From a virus (Duplodnaviria > Caudoviricetes): DNA of 40,378 nucleotides. The stretch covers positions 1-40,378 of the IMG/VR virus record IMGVR_UViG_3300020161_001615; one strand, given 5' to 3'. Below are positions 18,246-27,516 of this stretch, one piece after another. A program made the position numbers and the translations under genes. Under the pieces are notes generated by a model. It made no database searches, was not told the DNA's origin, and saw only the letters and a list, made by a program, of their open reading frames with translations. Every line of letters begins with the position of its first letter. The first letter of the stretch is position 1.

Positions 18246-19173
18246 TGTATTTTACATTCATTTTAATCAATAAATCCCCAACAAAACCGTTATTAAGTTT
18301 AAACCCTTTTTGTCTAACTCTTAAAGGTATTTGAGTATTAAAATCTTTAGGGAATTTAACCGATATCTTACCGTCAGGATGGTTGACTTGGAAATCTGTA
18401 TTTTTTAAATCTTCTAAATTAAAAAAAGCATTATACACTAAATCATTATTGTATTTTTCAAAACCATCTTTATTAGTTAATTTAACTTTTAAGATAATAT
18501 CACCAACAACTCCGTTTGCAAAATCACCTTTACCAGGTACTCTAAGCATTTGACCATCATCAACATTTCTTGGGAAATTAATACTTAACGTATCTACCGT
18601 ATCTTTATTACCTAATCCATTACAACTATAACATTTATTTCTAAATGTGAAACCTCTACCTTCACAAGCACTACAAGATGTCTTAAGTATTTGAGTAAAC
18701 ATTCCAGTACCAACTCTTTGGTGAACAAACCCCTGCCCTCCACAAGTTAAACAACCTGTCTTCTCACCTCCACCTCCATTACAAGGTTCGCAAGCAATTT
18801 TTTTAGAAAAATTAATATTTTTTGAGGTACCTAAAAAAGATTCAATAACAGTCAATTGTACTTCAACTAATTTTTCAGGTGTTCTTGGTCGTCTATTGTT
18901 CATATTATTGAACATTTGATTTATCATATCATCCATAGACCCTCCACCTCCAAACGGATTTTGTGAGGCAAATGGATTATTTAACCTATCATCATAATCT
19001 CGTCTTTTATTTTCATCACCAATAACATCATAAGCTTCAGCAATTTGTTTAAATTTTTCCTCTCCTTGAGGATTTTTATCAGGATGGTACTCAATCGCCA
19101 ATTTTCGATAAGACTTCTTAATATCGTCTTGAGTTGCGTCTTTACTTACTCCTAAAATTTCGTAATAATTCAT
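18235..19173 (-). CDS. dnaJ: DnaJ co-chaperone
   Basis: J domain with HPD, four CxxCxGxG repeats, C-terminal domain. Confidence 0.95.
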   Translation of the reverse strand: MNYYEILGVSKDATQDDIKKSYRKLAIEYHPDKNPQGEEKFKQIAEAYDVIGDENKRRDYDDRLNNPFASQNPFGGGGSMDDMINQMFNNMNNRRPRTPEKLVEVQLTVIESFLGTSKNINFSKKIACEPCNGGGGEKTGCLTCGGQGFVHQRVGTGMFTQILKTSCSACEGRGFTFRNKCYSCNGLGNKDTVDTLSINFPRNVDDGQMLRVPGKGDFANGVVGDIILKVKLTNKDGFEKYNNDLVYNAFFNLEDLKNTDFQVNHPDGKISVKFPKDFNTQIPLRVRQKGFKLNNGFVGDLLIKMNVKYTRD

Positions 19174-19175
19174 AT

Positions 19176-19823
19176 ATGGATGGTGATTATATTATAGTTC
19201 TATTTAAGAATAAACAGAGATATAAAATAATAAAGCAATATAAAACGTATAAAAACGCATTAACTTTATATAAATCAATGATTGATGAAAATAAAGATGT
19301 CGTTTTTGATGTACAGACTGAAAACGGTAGGGATGTTAAATACGAAATCGCTTTATTAGAAAAAAGCTCTGCAAAATTAATACCTATTTTTATGACAGAT
19401 GAAATGGGTAGAAACGTTAAAGTAGATGTTGATAATCCAGATTATACAATAACAAAAATTGAGAGTTATAAGATACCTGAAAAAATACAAAATATTAAGA
19501 CGAGAGAAAAAGTTGAGTCGAATCAATTAATAAAAAAATACATAACAGATTCTTCTTTAAAGTTAGTGTCTAAATTAAATAACAAAATCATCATACAAGA
19601 TGATGATAAGTTTAATGTATTCGCAACTAAATCAATTTATGACGCGGAAAGATTTTTAAACAATTTAGAAAGTTTTATGATGTCAAATAATAGACGTAAT
19701 TGTTTAATAGTAAAAGATAGTAGTTCGGAGCAAAAAAAATACCTCTATGAGGTATTATCTAATCAAGGATTCAATAAAAAAATGTTATACAGAACTTCCA
19801 CTACTCATCTAAAAGATAAATAA
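19176..19823 (+). CDS. Hypothetical protein
   Basis: Track ORF starts at 19134 (non-ATG, inside dnaJ); ATG at 19176 preferred. Confidence 0.75.
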   Translation: MDGDYIIVLFKNKQRYKIIKQYKTYKNALTLYKSMIDENKDVVFDVQTENGRDVKYEIALLEKSSAKLIPIFMTDEMGRNVKVDVDNPDYTITKIESYKIPEKIQNIKTREKVESNQLIKKYITDSSLKLVSKLNNKIIIQDDDKFNVFATKSIYDAERFLNNLESFMMSNNRRNCLIVKDSSSEQKKYLYEVLSNQGFNKKMLYRTSTTHLKDK

Positions 19824-20022
19824 ATTCAACACCTGAAATATCAATTTTGAATTGTTCTTTATCTTCATCAGCACCTTTTAAAACAGACCTCATTTTAACA
19901 AACTCATTTCTATTTAATTGGAATACAACTCCTTTTTTACCTTCGTATAACTCATCAACGGCATCGGCAATTAATGCCAATTTTTCTAAATACCCATCAA
20001 AACTTTCTTTATTTTCTGCCAT
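19801..20022 (-). CDS. Hypothetical protein
   Basis: ORF in operon. Confidence 0.7.
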   Translation of the reverse strand: MAENKESFDGYLEKLALIADAVDELYEGKKGVVFQLNRNEFVKMRSVLKGADEDKEQFKIDISGVEFIYLLDE

Positions 20023-20177
20023 AAAGTTAATTTTTTAAATTTTTCTTCAAAAATTTCTTCTTTTTTTATTTTTTTGAGTTTATTTGCAAACTCCACCTTT
20101 TTTCTATCAGTTTCAATTTTATCTTTTTCAATTTCCTTCTGATACCAATTCAATATTTTCTCCGTCTTCTGGCTCAT
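19986..20177 (-). CDS. Hypothetical protein
   Basis: Overlapping ORF ending in an amphipathic LTLWQKIKKVL helix. Confidence 0.6.
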   Translation of the reverse strand: MSQKTEKILNWYQKEIEKDKIETDRKKVEFANKLKKIKKEEIFEEKFKKLTLWQKIKKVLMGI

Positions 20178-20565
20178 CTTCTAATTCGATTTTTAAAGTT
20201 TGTTTAACTTGAAATTCTAAATCTTTCAATTCATTTAAATTACTTTTATCAAAAAATGATTTTAACTCTTTAACTTTATCTTCAAACAACTTCTCCTTTT
20301 CTTCTCTTTCTTTATTGTATCTGATAATATTTTTTAAGTTGTAGAATAATAAATCAATAGGCTCTTTTTGAAAAATAGTTGCAAATGAAAAAAACCTAAA
20401 ACCTGGTTTGTCACTTTTCTGTTCTACCACCATTTTTTCATCTACATATTTTTTAGGTAATTTCCAAGTAGTGGGAAATTCAACATCAATTGTTATATAG
20501 TCTTCTAGTTTTCTAATTGAAACTAAATGTGGGAATATGTCGCTAATCTGTTCGTATAAATTCAT
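20128..20565 (-). CDS. Hypothetical protein
   Basis: 145-aa ORF. Confidence 0.75.
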   Translation of the reverse strand: MNLYEQISDIFPHLVSIRKLEDYITIDVEFPTTWKLPKKYVDEKMVVEQKSDKPGFRFFSFATIFQKEPIDLLFYNLKNIIRYNKEREEKEKLFEDKVKELKSFFDKSNLNELKDLEFQVKQTLKIELEDEPEDGENIELVSEGN

Positions 20566-20756
20566 TATATGTTTTTAATTATGTAGGTCATTAAATAGGA
20601 TAACATTAACCCATTTAAAAAAAGCTCCCTACTACTAAGGACCAACTTTTGTGGTGGGTCTTGTAGTAGGGCACTTATAAATTTAATTACAACTCTTAAG
20701 GTAGTAAGAATTGAAAAGATAAATAGAAATAAAAATATGTTTTCTATATTAAGCAT
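20565..20756 (-). CDS. Small two-TM membrane protein
   Basis: Two hydrophobic segments. Confidence 0.65.
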   Translation of the reverse strand: MLNIENIFLFLFIFSILTTLRVVIKFISALLQDPPQKLVLSSRELFLNGLMLSYLMTYIIKNI

Positions 20757-20940
20757 TTTCTTCTTTTTTTCTATCTTCTAAAATTTCTTTTCTTAATGTT
20801 TGTAATAAGTCTTTTAATTCTTGAGCAAGTTTTCTAGCTCTTGTTCCAGCACTCTTGTTACCTTTGTAATGTTTTCCAGTATCTACTGATAACTCTTCTG
20901 TTTTTAGCTTAATTTGCTCAATTGTTGATAATTGTTCCAT
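20749..20940 (-). CDS. Histone H1-like nucleoid protein (Hc1 family)
   Basis: KGNKSAGTRARKLAQELKDLLQTLRK matches the Hc1/Bacteroidetes H1-like signature. Confidence 0.85.
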   Translation of the reverse strand: MEQLSTIEQIKLKTEELSVDTGKHYKGNKSAGTRARKLAQELKDLLQTLRKEILEDRKKEENA

Positions 20941-21024
20941 CTTATTTAAGATTTGTTTTTTGTGTTTATTAAATTACTAAAATAATAATTTTTCTTTCCT
21001 ACAAGTAAATAAAACCCAAGTTTT

Positions 21025-21492
21025 TTATTGTGAAATATTTTTATCTAATAATTTGTATAGTTCGGTATATAAGTCAAGGTCCGACTTTGTGAAAGGTATT
21101 TTACGATTGAATAAGTCTTTTAAAAATGAATCAATAGAGTCTCTAACACTATTATTTTTTTGAGTATAATACACCTCCATAAAGAAACTATTGAAATATT
21201 CAAAGTGTTCTCCTTTAGTATTAAATCTAATATTTTCTTTTTTAAAATTATCGATTGTTTTATTCCAACACCACTCAAAGTGTTTTTTCTTATCTTCTTC
21301 AGATAAGGTAACTCTAGTCTCATTATTAAGTGAGTCATCACCGAGATAAGTCTCTTTCATTAAAGTAAATAAAGATACGCAGAAATCAAAAAATAATTCA
21401 CCTTTTTCAGGTATCATATTATTCATATTAAACCAAATCTCAACGTCTTCATTGTCCATTGGTTTGGATATCCAATTAAAAAAATTCTCCAT
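21025..21492 (-). CDS. Hypothetical protein
   Basis: 155-aa ORF. Confidence 0.8.
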   Translation of the reverse strand: MENFFNWISKPMDNEDVEIWFNMNNMIPEKGELFFDFCVSLFTLMKETYLGDDSLNNETRVTLSEEDKKKHFEWCWNKTIDNFKKENIRFNTKGEHFEYFNSFFMEVYYTQKNNSVRDSIDSFLKDLFNRKIPFTKSDLDLYTELYKLLDKNISQ

Positions 21493-21514
21493 AGAAATGT
21501 CTTCTATGGAGAAT
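21484..21514. promoter_or_regulatory. 13-bp perfect inverted repeat covering the start codon of 21025..21492
   Basis: attctccatagaa-atgtc-ttctatggagaat. Confidence 0.7.
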
Positions 21515-21541
21515 ATAATATAAGTTAAATAAAATTGTAGG

Positions 21542-22645
21542 TTATTGAGTGTTTTTGTTATACCCCATTAAATGTTTCATCTTATTAAATTCTTCATTTA
21601 ATACAACATTAACTTTTTCAGTTGACTCATCAACTGCATTTAAAACACTTTGAGCAGTTTTCTTACCTTTTCTAGATTTTAAACTACCTCTTTCTGTAGT
21701 TTCACCTGCTTGGTCAATTGGTTGTGGTTGTCTTTTATAAGACGCATTCATTTGTTCTTGTCCGTAAAGATTTTCGTCAAAGTTTTTCTTAAACTTTTTA
21801 CCGACATTACTTGGTACTACGTTACCTAACGCCTTTCCTTTTTTGTCTACTTGAGCATTACCTGTAGTACTATCACCTGTTAAGTATTTATCAATTAATT
21901 CGTCATTAGGTTTAATTTCATCATAAACTAAATTTGTCATACCAGGATATGAGAAAGCATCAATATACTCATCAACTGCTTCAGAAGGGGTATATTTTTT
22001 AACTTTAGCATCTTTTTCTAATGAACCGTTACCTTTTGGAAAATCTTCAGGATTTGGTTCGAAAGAACCTTTAGACATATCTTTTAGATATTCTCTCATT
22101 TTTTTAGTAACCGCTTTAATCGCATCTTCATTTTCTTTTTTATCTGCACTTAAAACTTTTTCAGTTTCCGCCATTCCTTTAGCCTTTTTCTGTTCTAAAA
22201 CAATTCTTTCAATTAAATCAATCATTTCGTTTTCAGTTAATCTTAATTTTTCTTTCTTAGATTCTTTAACTGAATATTTTTTACCGTCAACTTCAAATTC
22301 ATCGTCACCTTCTTTTTTAGCTTTAGCTAATGCTCCTGTGAAAGCGTTTCCTTCTTGAGTTTCAGATTCTTCAATTTCATTATTACCTTCTCCACAATAT
22401 TCTTCTAATTTACCTAAGGTGTCTTCACCTCCATTAGCAATCATATCTTTAATTTTTTTACATCCCTCAGGATTTGGTGTTGAGTCTTCGTGCATATCTG
22501 TATCTTGACCACTAATAGTTACAGGACCATTAGGATTCCATTCATCAACTTTAGATTTAATTTTTTTAACTAAATCGTCGGCTTTTTCTTGAAGAGATTC
22601 CTCTAAAACTCTTTTAACTAATTTGTCTATGTTTAAATTTTTCAT
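21542..22645 (-). CDS. Putative virion/head protein with repeated L-x-E motifs
   Basis: KLVKRVLEESLQE, internal KLRLTENEMIDLIERIVLEQ, terminal LNEEFNKMKHLMGY; upstream ATATTTAT. Confidence 0.65.
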   Translation of the reverse strand: MKNLNIDKLVKRVLEESLQEKADDLVKKIKSKVDEWNPNGPVTISGQDTDMHEDSTPNPEGCKKIKDMIANGGEDTLGKLEEYCGEGNNEIEESETQEGNAFTGALAKAKKEGDDEFEVDGKKYSVKESKKEKLRLTENEMIDLIERIVLEQKKAKGMAETEKVLSADKKENEDAIKAVTKKMREYLKDMSKGSFEPNPEDFPKGNGSLEKDAKVKKYTPSEAVDEYIDAFSYPGMTNLVYDEIKPNDELIDKYLTGDSTTGNAQVDKKGKALGNVVPSNVGKKFKKNFDENLYGQEQMNASYKRQPQPIDQAGETTERGSLKSRKGKKTAQSVLNAVDESTEKVNVVLNEEFNKMKHLMGYNKNTQ

Positions 22646-22661
22646 TTTAAATTGTTTTACT

Positions 22662-22669
22662 ATAAATAT
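22662..22669 (-). promoter_or_regulatory. ATATTTAT element
   Basis: 16 nt upstream of ATG 22645. Confidence 0.55.
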
Positions 22670-22670
22670 A

Positions 22671-23438
22671 TTAAATCGATGATTTGTGTTTATAATTTTC
22701 GATTTCGTATTGTATTATTGATTTTATTACATTCTCACTAATATTATGTTCTTTACTTATTTTAGTGATTACGTTCTTAACTAATTCATTTTCGTATATT
22801 TTAAGAGCTTTAATATCTCCTTGATTACAATATGGGAATGTTTTACATTTCTTTTTAATCGTTACAAATTTACCTCCAGGTATTTGAGTTTTGGATTTAC
22901 CTCTCCAATCTTTTTTATTTGTAGATTTAGCCCAAACCGCAGTAGTTGCATATTGTCCTGATGAAGCAGCTCCCGTAGCCTCCTTAGTTTCAACTTTTTT
23001 AGTTTCATCACAAACACATTTAGATTTAACTCTATCACAAGAATCACAATATTCTTCTTTACTCTCTTTTTTAAGTTTTGGAGCTTCATTAGAAAACATT
23101 GTTAGTTTTGGAGCCTTGAAGGTATTTTCTTCCATTTCTTTCTTAGTAGTAGAGAATAATGGTTGGGAATATCCTCCCGCAGACCCTGCTCCTGTCGCTT
23201 CTTTATTTTCACTTTTTTTATTTTTACCTTGGCAATGTGCCTTTTGTGAAAATCCTTTAGGGTTTTTACAATCAATACTGTCTTTATATTTTTTAGACCA
23301 TTTTTCTTCAACTTCATTCTCAGGTAATTCACCTTTAAAATCAGTATATGTTTGAAACCCTTCATTATCCTTGAATACATCTGCAGATGCAAATGAACTT
23401 GACAACTTATCTTTAAATGAATTAATTATATCTCCCAT
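22671..23438 (-). CDS. Low-complexity modular protein with Cys-containing micro-domains
   Basis: KEATGA repeat x2; CKNPKGFSQKAHC, CDSC..CVC and CKTFPYC modules. Confidence 0.75.
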   Translation of the reverse strand: MGDIINSFKDKLSSSFASADVFKDNEGFQTYTDFKGELPENEVEEKWSKKYKDSIDCKNPKGFSQKAHCQGKNKKSENKEATGAGSAGGYSQPLFSTTKKEMEENTFKAPKLTMFSNEAPKLKKESKEEYCDSCDRVKSKCVCDETKKVETKEATGAASSGQYATTAVWAKSTNKKDWRGKSKTQIPGGKFVTIKKKCKTFPYCNQGDIKALKIYENELVKNVITKISKEHNISENVIKSIIQYEIENYKHKSSI

Positions 23439-23443
23439 ATTTT

Positions 23444-23689
23444 TTAAGCGTTTTTAATTCGAGATTCCCAATAATTTCTGTTAACCCACATAAAATTATA
23501 GAACTCTCTAAACATTTTTAATACAATGTCTTTAACATCACCTTCAAGTTTACCTCTTTTAATTTCTTTAGCAATAGTATCCAAAAACTTGTCTTCAAAT
23601 TGTTTCATAGTAGTATGACCCATAAAGTCTTTGATTTCTTTACGTATCATAATTTCAATTTCTCTTTTGTCTGTCTGATTTAAAGCCAT
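23444..23689 (-). CDS. Hypothetical protein
   Basis: 81-aa ORF. Confidence 0.75.
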   Translation of the reverse strand: MALNQTDKREIEIMIRKEIKDFMGHTTMKQFEDKFLDTIAKEIKRGKLEGDVKDIVLKMFREFYNFMWVNRNYWESRIKNA

Positions 23690-23690
23690 T

Positions 23691-24116
23691 TTAATTTGTT
23701 ATTAATAAAAATGATGTCGCAATAATCCCTACCACAGTACCTACTTTATACAAAAAAGTAGTTCTTTTTTGTGATTTCAATTCTTTTTGTAAGTCTTTCG
23801 ACATATCATCATATAGTTTAATTTGTTGGTCTTTTTGAGAGATAATGTATTGGTTATTTTTATCTTTATCTTTCAAAAGAGATATTATTGTATCTTTTTG
23901 AGTTTCTCTTTCTTCTAATTTAATAACCTTTTCCTGAGTTAATTTTAACTCTTCAACACAACCATCCAACTTTATTAAATCTTTTACAACTTGTTTTGCA
24001 ACCTCTTTAGTTAAAACAACTTTAGTTGTATCACTCTTAATCTTATTTGTATCTATTTGCGAAAAACAATTCAAGCTCATTAAGGCCAAAATTGTCAACA
24101 TTACCAATTTTTTCAT
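23691..24116 (-). CDS. Exported coiled-coil protein with C-terminal TM (spanin-like candidate)
   Basis: Signal peptide MKKLVMLTILALMSLNCFSQ, coiled coil, C-terminal hydrophobic helix; start embedded in the upstream gene. Confidence 0.55.
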   Translation of the reverse strand: MKKLVMLTILALMSLNCFSQIDTNKIKSDTTKVVLTKEVAKQVVKDLIKLDGCVEELKLTQEKVIKLEERETQKDTIISLLKDKDKNNQYIISQKDQQIKLYDDMSKDLQKELKSQKRTTFLYKVGTVVGIIATSFLLITN

Positions 24117-24378
24117 CTGTGTTGTTTTTTACTATTGTTATTGTATTATCTATGTGATGAATTTCTTTAGTTACTGCAATAACTTTTTCATCTACTTTTT
24201 CTATCTTATTATCAATCTCTTTGTTAACTACTTGAGCTGAATCTACTTTAACTTGGATGGAGTCAATTTTTTTAACATAACCATCAACATCTGTCTTAAT
24301 ACCATTAGTATTGAATATGTTATAAATAACTAAAACAATAACTAAAAATAATAAAACGGTTTCTTTAGTGATTTTCAT
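24043..24378 (-). CDS. N-terminal TM coiled-coil protein (i-spanin-like candidate)
   Basis: Single N-terminal TM followed by a coiled coil; overlaps the next gene by 74 nt. Confidence 0.55.
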   Translation of the reverse strand: MKITKETVLLFLVIVLVIYNIFNTNGIKTDVDGYVKKIDSIQVKVDSAQVVNKEIDNKIEKVDEKVIAVTKEIHHIDNTITIVKNNTDEKIGNVDNFGLNELELFFANRYK

Positions 24379-24379
24379 A

Positions 24380-24979
24380 TTATGGTTCTTGAACTGGTTT
24401 AGGGGATGTTTTCTTTCTAGACGCTAAAACTTTAGCCCATTTAGTTTTAAATTTCTCATAATACATCTCCAATTTATTTAACATATTTAAAAAATTTTCA
24501 TCTACTTTAATCATAGTCCCATCTATGTAGATTCCATTATTCTCACCTAAAGTAAAATAGAATTGAATATCAAAATCAATAATTTTACCTCCCCATTCTA
24601 CATCTGTCTTATAAACATTCAAAGGTTCGAAATCAACTAAATCAGAGACTTCATTAACAAACTCGTCCATAGTTTCTTGGAAACTCATCTTATCATCAGT
24701 AGTTAATTCTAAATCGGCGTTTTCTTTACCGTGAAGAGTAATTACTCCACCTGATATTCTATAAGATTGTTGCTTATCTGATTTACTTTCAGTTTCATCC
24801 TCAATTTTCTTTTCAGCGTCTTCAATAGGATTAATTTTTTGAGTTAAATCTTCTTGCTCAGAAATCATTCCATAAGATTTTCTGATACTAATAATTTCTT
24901 CATTTAAACTGCCATTTTTTCCTAACATATTGTTAGAAGCCTTTAATAGTTTTTTTATTTCATCATACGAGTTGTTCAT
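24380..24979 (-). CDS. Hypothetical protein with LNE/ISE leader
   Basis: SLNEEIISIRKSYGMISEQ. Confidence 0.75.
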   Translation of the reverse strand: MNNSYDEIKKLLKASNNMLGKNGSLNEEIISIRKSYGMISEQEDLTQKINPIEDAEKKIEDETESKSDKQQSYRISGGVITLHGKENADLELTTDDKMSFQETMDEFVNEVSDLVDFEPLNVYKTDVEWGGKIIDFDIQFYFTLGENNGIYIDGTMIKVDENFLNMLNKLEMYYEKFKTKWAKVLASRKKTSPKPVQEP

Positions 24980-25568
24980 TTTCTAATTTTTTTAAAAAGT
25001 TTTCGAAGTTAAATGCTGGACTTAATCCTGTGTACTTGGAGTCGAAATTACTTTTAGAAACAATTCCTTCAAATCTTTCAATTCCTTCAACTTTAGTATT
25101 ATGCCCAACACATTTTTTATCAATAGAGTATTCATTAAATAACGTCTTACAAAGTTCAACACAAGAATTTATCTGTTTTTCAGTGTAAGGTTGCCAAAAA
25201 AAGTAATCTCTCCATTTTCTTTCGTAAACCTGTTCCTTATAAATATCACCAATCCAGTTAACGTAATAATCATTTAATGGCATTTTTTGAAGCCATCCCA
25301 AATTTTCTAACGAAATGATGATTGAATTTCTATTTATGTTTTCTTCTTGGAAATAATTGGAGAACCCAATTTCAGGTAATAGTCTATAAACGACACCGTC
25401 CCTACTTATAATAAAGTTAGGGACTTTGTCGTATTTTCCGTTATATCTATATTTTAAAGACGATATATAATCTTTTAAATTTCTTGAGGTGTGTGTTAAT
25501 ATTATTTGTTTTTTTTTCTTTTGTTTTCCAAAACATTTAACACCTTCAATGTTTTCTATTTTAACCAT
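24963..25568 (-). CDS. N-acetylmuramoyl-L-alanine amidase (Amidase_2)-like protein, possibly inactive
   Basis: IILTHT, FIISRDGVVYRL, NSIIISLEN, YTEKQINS..ELCKTL, VGH, SPAF; several ligands appear substituted. Confidence 0.75.
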   Translation of the reverse strand: MVKIENIEGVKCFGKQKKKKQIILTHTSRNLKDYISSLKYRYNGKYDKVPNFIISRDGVVYRLLPEIGFSNYFQEENINRNSIIISLENLGWLQKMPLNDYYVNWIGDIYKEQVYERKWRDYFFWQPYTEKQINSCVELCKTLFNEYSIDKKCVGHNTKVEGIERFEGIVSKSNFDSKYTGLSPAFNFENFLKKLENEQLV

Positions 25569-26355
25569 CTCGTCTAAGATAACTCAATCTGTTTATTTTT
25601 GGCACATTTTGGTTTTCTTCTGGTTGTAAATTAATTAATCGTTGTAACTCTTCCTCTTCATCTTCAGTTGGGTAATAAGGTTCTTCAACCTCGGGTTCAA
25701 ACTCATCTGTTAAAGGTGGTTGTTCTTTTCCGAATTTATCTTTTTGAATAGAATCTAAATAATTCTTTAATTTAATAAGGTCTTCTTCTGTTGGTACGTA
25801 TTTTTCTTTTTCTATTTCCGCCTCAATCTTACCTGCTTTTAAACTTAATTCATCAATGTCTATGTCAGGGCCAATTACTTTTGTTGTTTTCTTACCATCT
25901 TCTTCAAATTTAACTAACATATGTAGAAACGATAATGATATAAGAGGTAACATACCACCTGCAAATAACGCTAAAAACCTTTTATGACCAACAGGGTCTC
26001 CAGATTCTACACCTAAATAACTAACAACTGGGTCAACTAAATCAACCCAATCTTTAAATGTTTGACCATTGATATCAATATATTGATAAGCGAAAAAGAT
26101 ATTACCAATAAATTGAATTAAAGTTACAATTCCAAATGGGAAGTAAACTTTCTTACCCATTTGAGCTGAGATGGCAGCTAACGCCGATAATGCAGCAATT
26201 TCAATACCAATTGAAAGGTATACCGCCCAAGATAATGGGTTTGATATACCGTACCATTTAGTTACGTGTGATATAGAGACAAAAGCAACTGTTAATATCG
26301 GTATTAAAAACGCTCCATATATAATACTTTTAAAATTTCTTTGGAACCAATTCAT
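25561..26355 (-). CDS. Multi-TM membrane protein with acidic tail (holin candidate)
   Basis: About 4 hydrophobic helices, adjacent to the amidase-like gene. Confidence 0.6.
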   Translation of the reverse strand: MNWFQRNFKSIIYGAFLIPILTVAFVSISHVTKWYGISNPLSWAVYLSIGIEIAALSALAAISAQMGKKVYFPFGIVTLIQFIGNIFFAYQYIDINGQTFKDWVDLVDPVVSYLGVESGDPVGHKRFLALFAGGMLPLISLSFLHMLVKFEEDGKKTTKVIGPDIDIDELSLKAGKIEAEIEKEKYVPTEEDLIKLKNYLDSIQKDKFGKEQPPLTDEFEPEVEEPYYPTEDEEEELQRLINLQPEENQNVPKINRLSYLRRDG

Positions 26356-26639
26356 TATTTACCTGATTTTAATTTTTTTATTTCTTCCTCAATTTGAGTT
26401 TGTCTTTGAACGTCAAGTAACTTTCTGTCAGTAGCTTGAATCATTCTTTTTTCAGCTTCAAGCCCCATAACCTTTAACTCAATATTTAATTCATTCTTAG
26501 TGTAAGTAGAATCTTTAATTGTTTCAATTTCTTTTCTCATTTTAGCTAATTCTCTAGAATCCCCACATCCTTTAAAGAATGCTAATAACGAGATTACTAA
26601 AACGATAATTGTAAAGTTGTTTTCAATAAATTTTTTCAT
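26355..26639 (-). CDS. Membrane-anchored/lipoprotein-like coiled-coil protein
   Basis: N-terminal hydrophobic helix ending FFKGC. Confidence 0.65.
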   Translation of the reverse strand: MKKFIENNFTIIVLVISLLAFFKGCGDSRELAKMRKEIETIKDSTYTKNELNIELKVMGLEAEKRMIQATDRKLLDVQRQTQIEEEIKKLKSGK

Positions 26640-26674
26640 AATATAGTTTTTTAATAAATTTATGAATATCCTGT

Positions 26675-26709
26675 AAAAAATAAATGGACTATAATAAATA
26701 GTCCATTTA
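26675..26709 (-). terminator. Terminator after the sigma factor gene
   Basis: taaatggactat-aataa-atagtccattta 12-bp stem plus U-tract. Confidence 0.75.
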
Positions 26710-26715
26710 AGTCAT

Positions 26716-27513
26716 TTAGATATAATCAAATAATTCTAAACTTTGGTCTCTAAGCTTTCTGAGAGCCTTTTCTTTGATTTGTCGAACCCTTTCTTTGGTT
26801 AATTTAAAATCTCCACCAATATCTTCAAGAGTTCTTGTATTACCTGTTAACCCAAAGTAATCTTCAATGATAATCCTTTCACGTTCATCTAAAACATTCA
26901 AAGTTTCCATTAATTTTTGTTTCAACAAATCTTTACTGTTAAAGACTTCGTCAGGGCTATGAGCGTCGTGGTTAACGATAATATCCATAAGAGTATCTCC
27001 TTCTTCATTAATATTTCTATCTAACTGTACCATAGATGGTAGATTAGCATATTTTGAAGATATCTCACCAGTTCCGTTTTCAACCGCCTTCTTTTCTTTT
27101 TGTACGTCTTGTACAACGTTAACAGGAAGTCTGATTGTTCTAGCATTTTCATTTAGAGATTGTAAGATAGATTGTTTAACCCACCAAACCGCGTATGAAA
27201 TAAATCTAAGATTTTTACTCCAATCAAAGTTCTTAATTGCTTTAATTAAACCTAAGTTACCTTCGGCAATTAAGTCAGCCAAGTCTAATCCTTGATTTTG
27301 GTATTGTTTTGCAACAGTGATTACAAATCTAAGATTACCTTCAACAATTTCTTGTTCAATAATTTTTCTTTGAACTTCATTTAAAGTGTTTGAAGTCATT
27401 AAAGCGGATAGTTCTTTTTCCCTTTGGGGGGTCATAACTTTAATTTTCCTAATGTCTTTTAGGTAAGTGTAGATTTCTTCTTGATTAATTGGGATTTGGG
27501 ATTTTTCTTTCAT
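26716..27513 (-). CDS. rpoD: RNA polymerase sigma-70 family factor, Bacteroidetes primary-sigma type (no region 1.1)
   Basis: NLRFVITVAKQYQNQGL, EGNLGLIKA, FISYAVWWVKQSILQ, RTIRLP, TLEDIG...ERVRQIKEKALRKLR. Confidence 0.92.
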   Translation of the reverse strand: MKEKSQIPINQEEIYTYLKDIRKIKVMTPQREKELSALMTSNTLNEVQRKIIEQEIVEGNLRFVITVAKQYQNQGLDLADLIAEGNLGLIKAIKNFDWSKNLRFISYAVWWVKQSILQSLNENARTIRLPVNVVQDVQKEKKAVENGTGEISSKYANLPSMVQLDRNINEEGDTLMDIIVNHDAHSPDEVFNSKDLLKQKLMETLNVLDERERIIIEDYFGLTGNTRTLEDIGGDFKLTKERVRQIKEKALRKLRDQSLELFDYI

Positions 27514-27516
27514 ATA

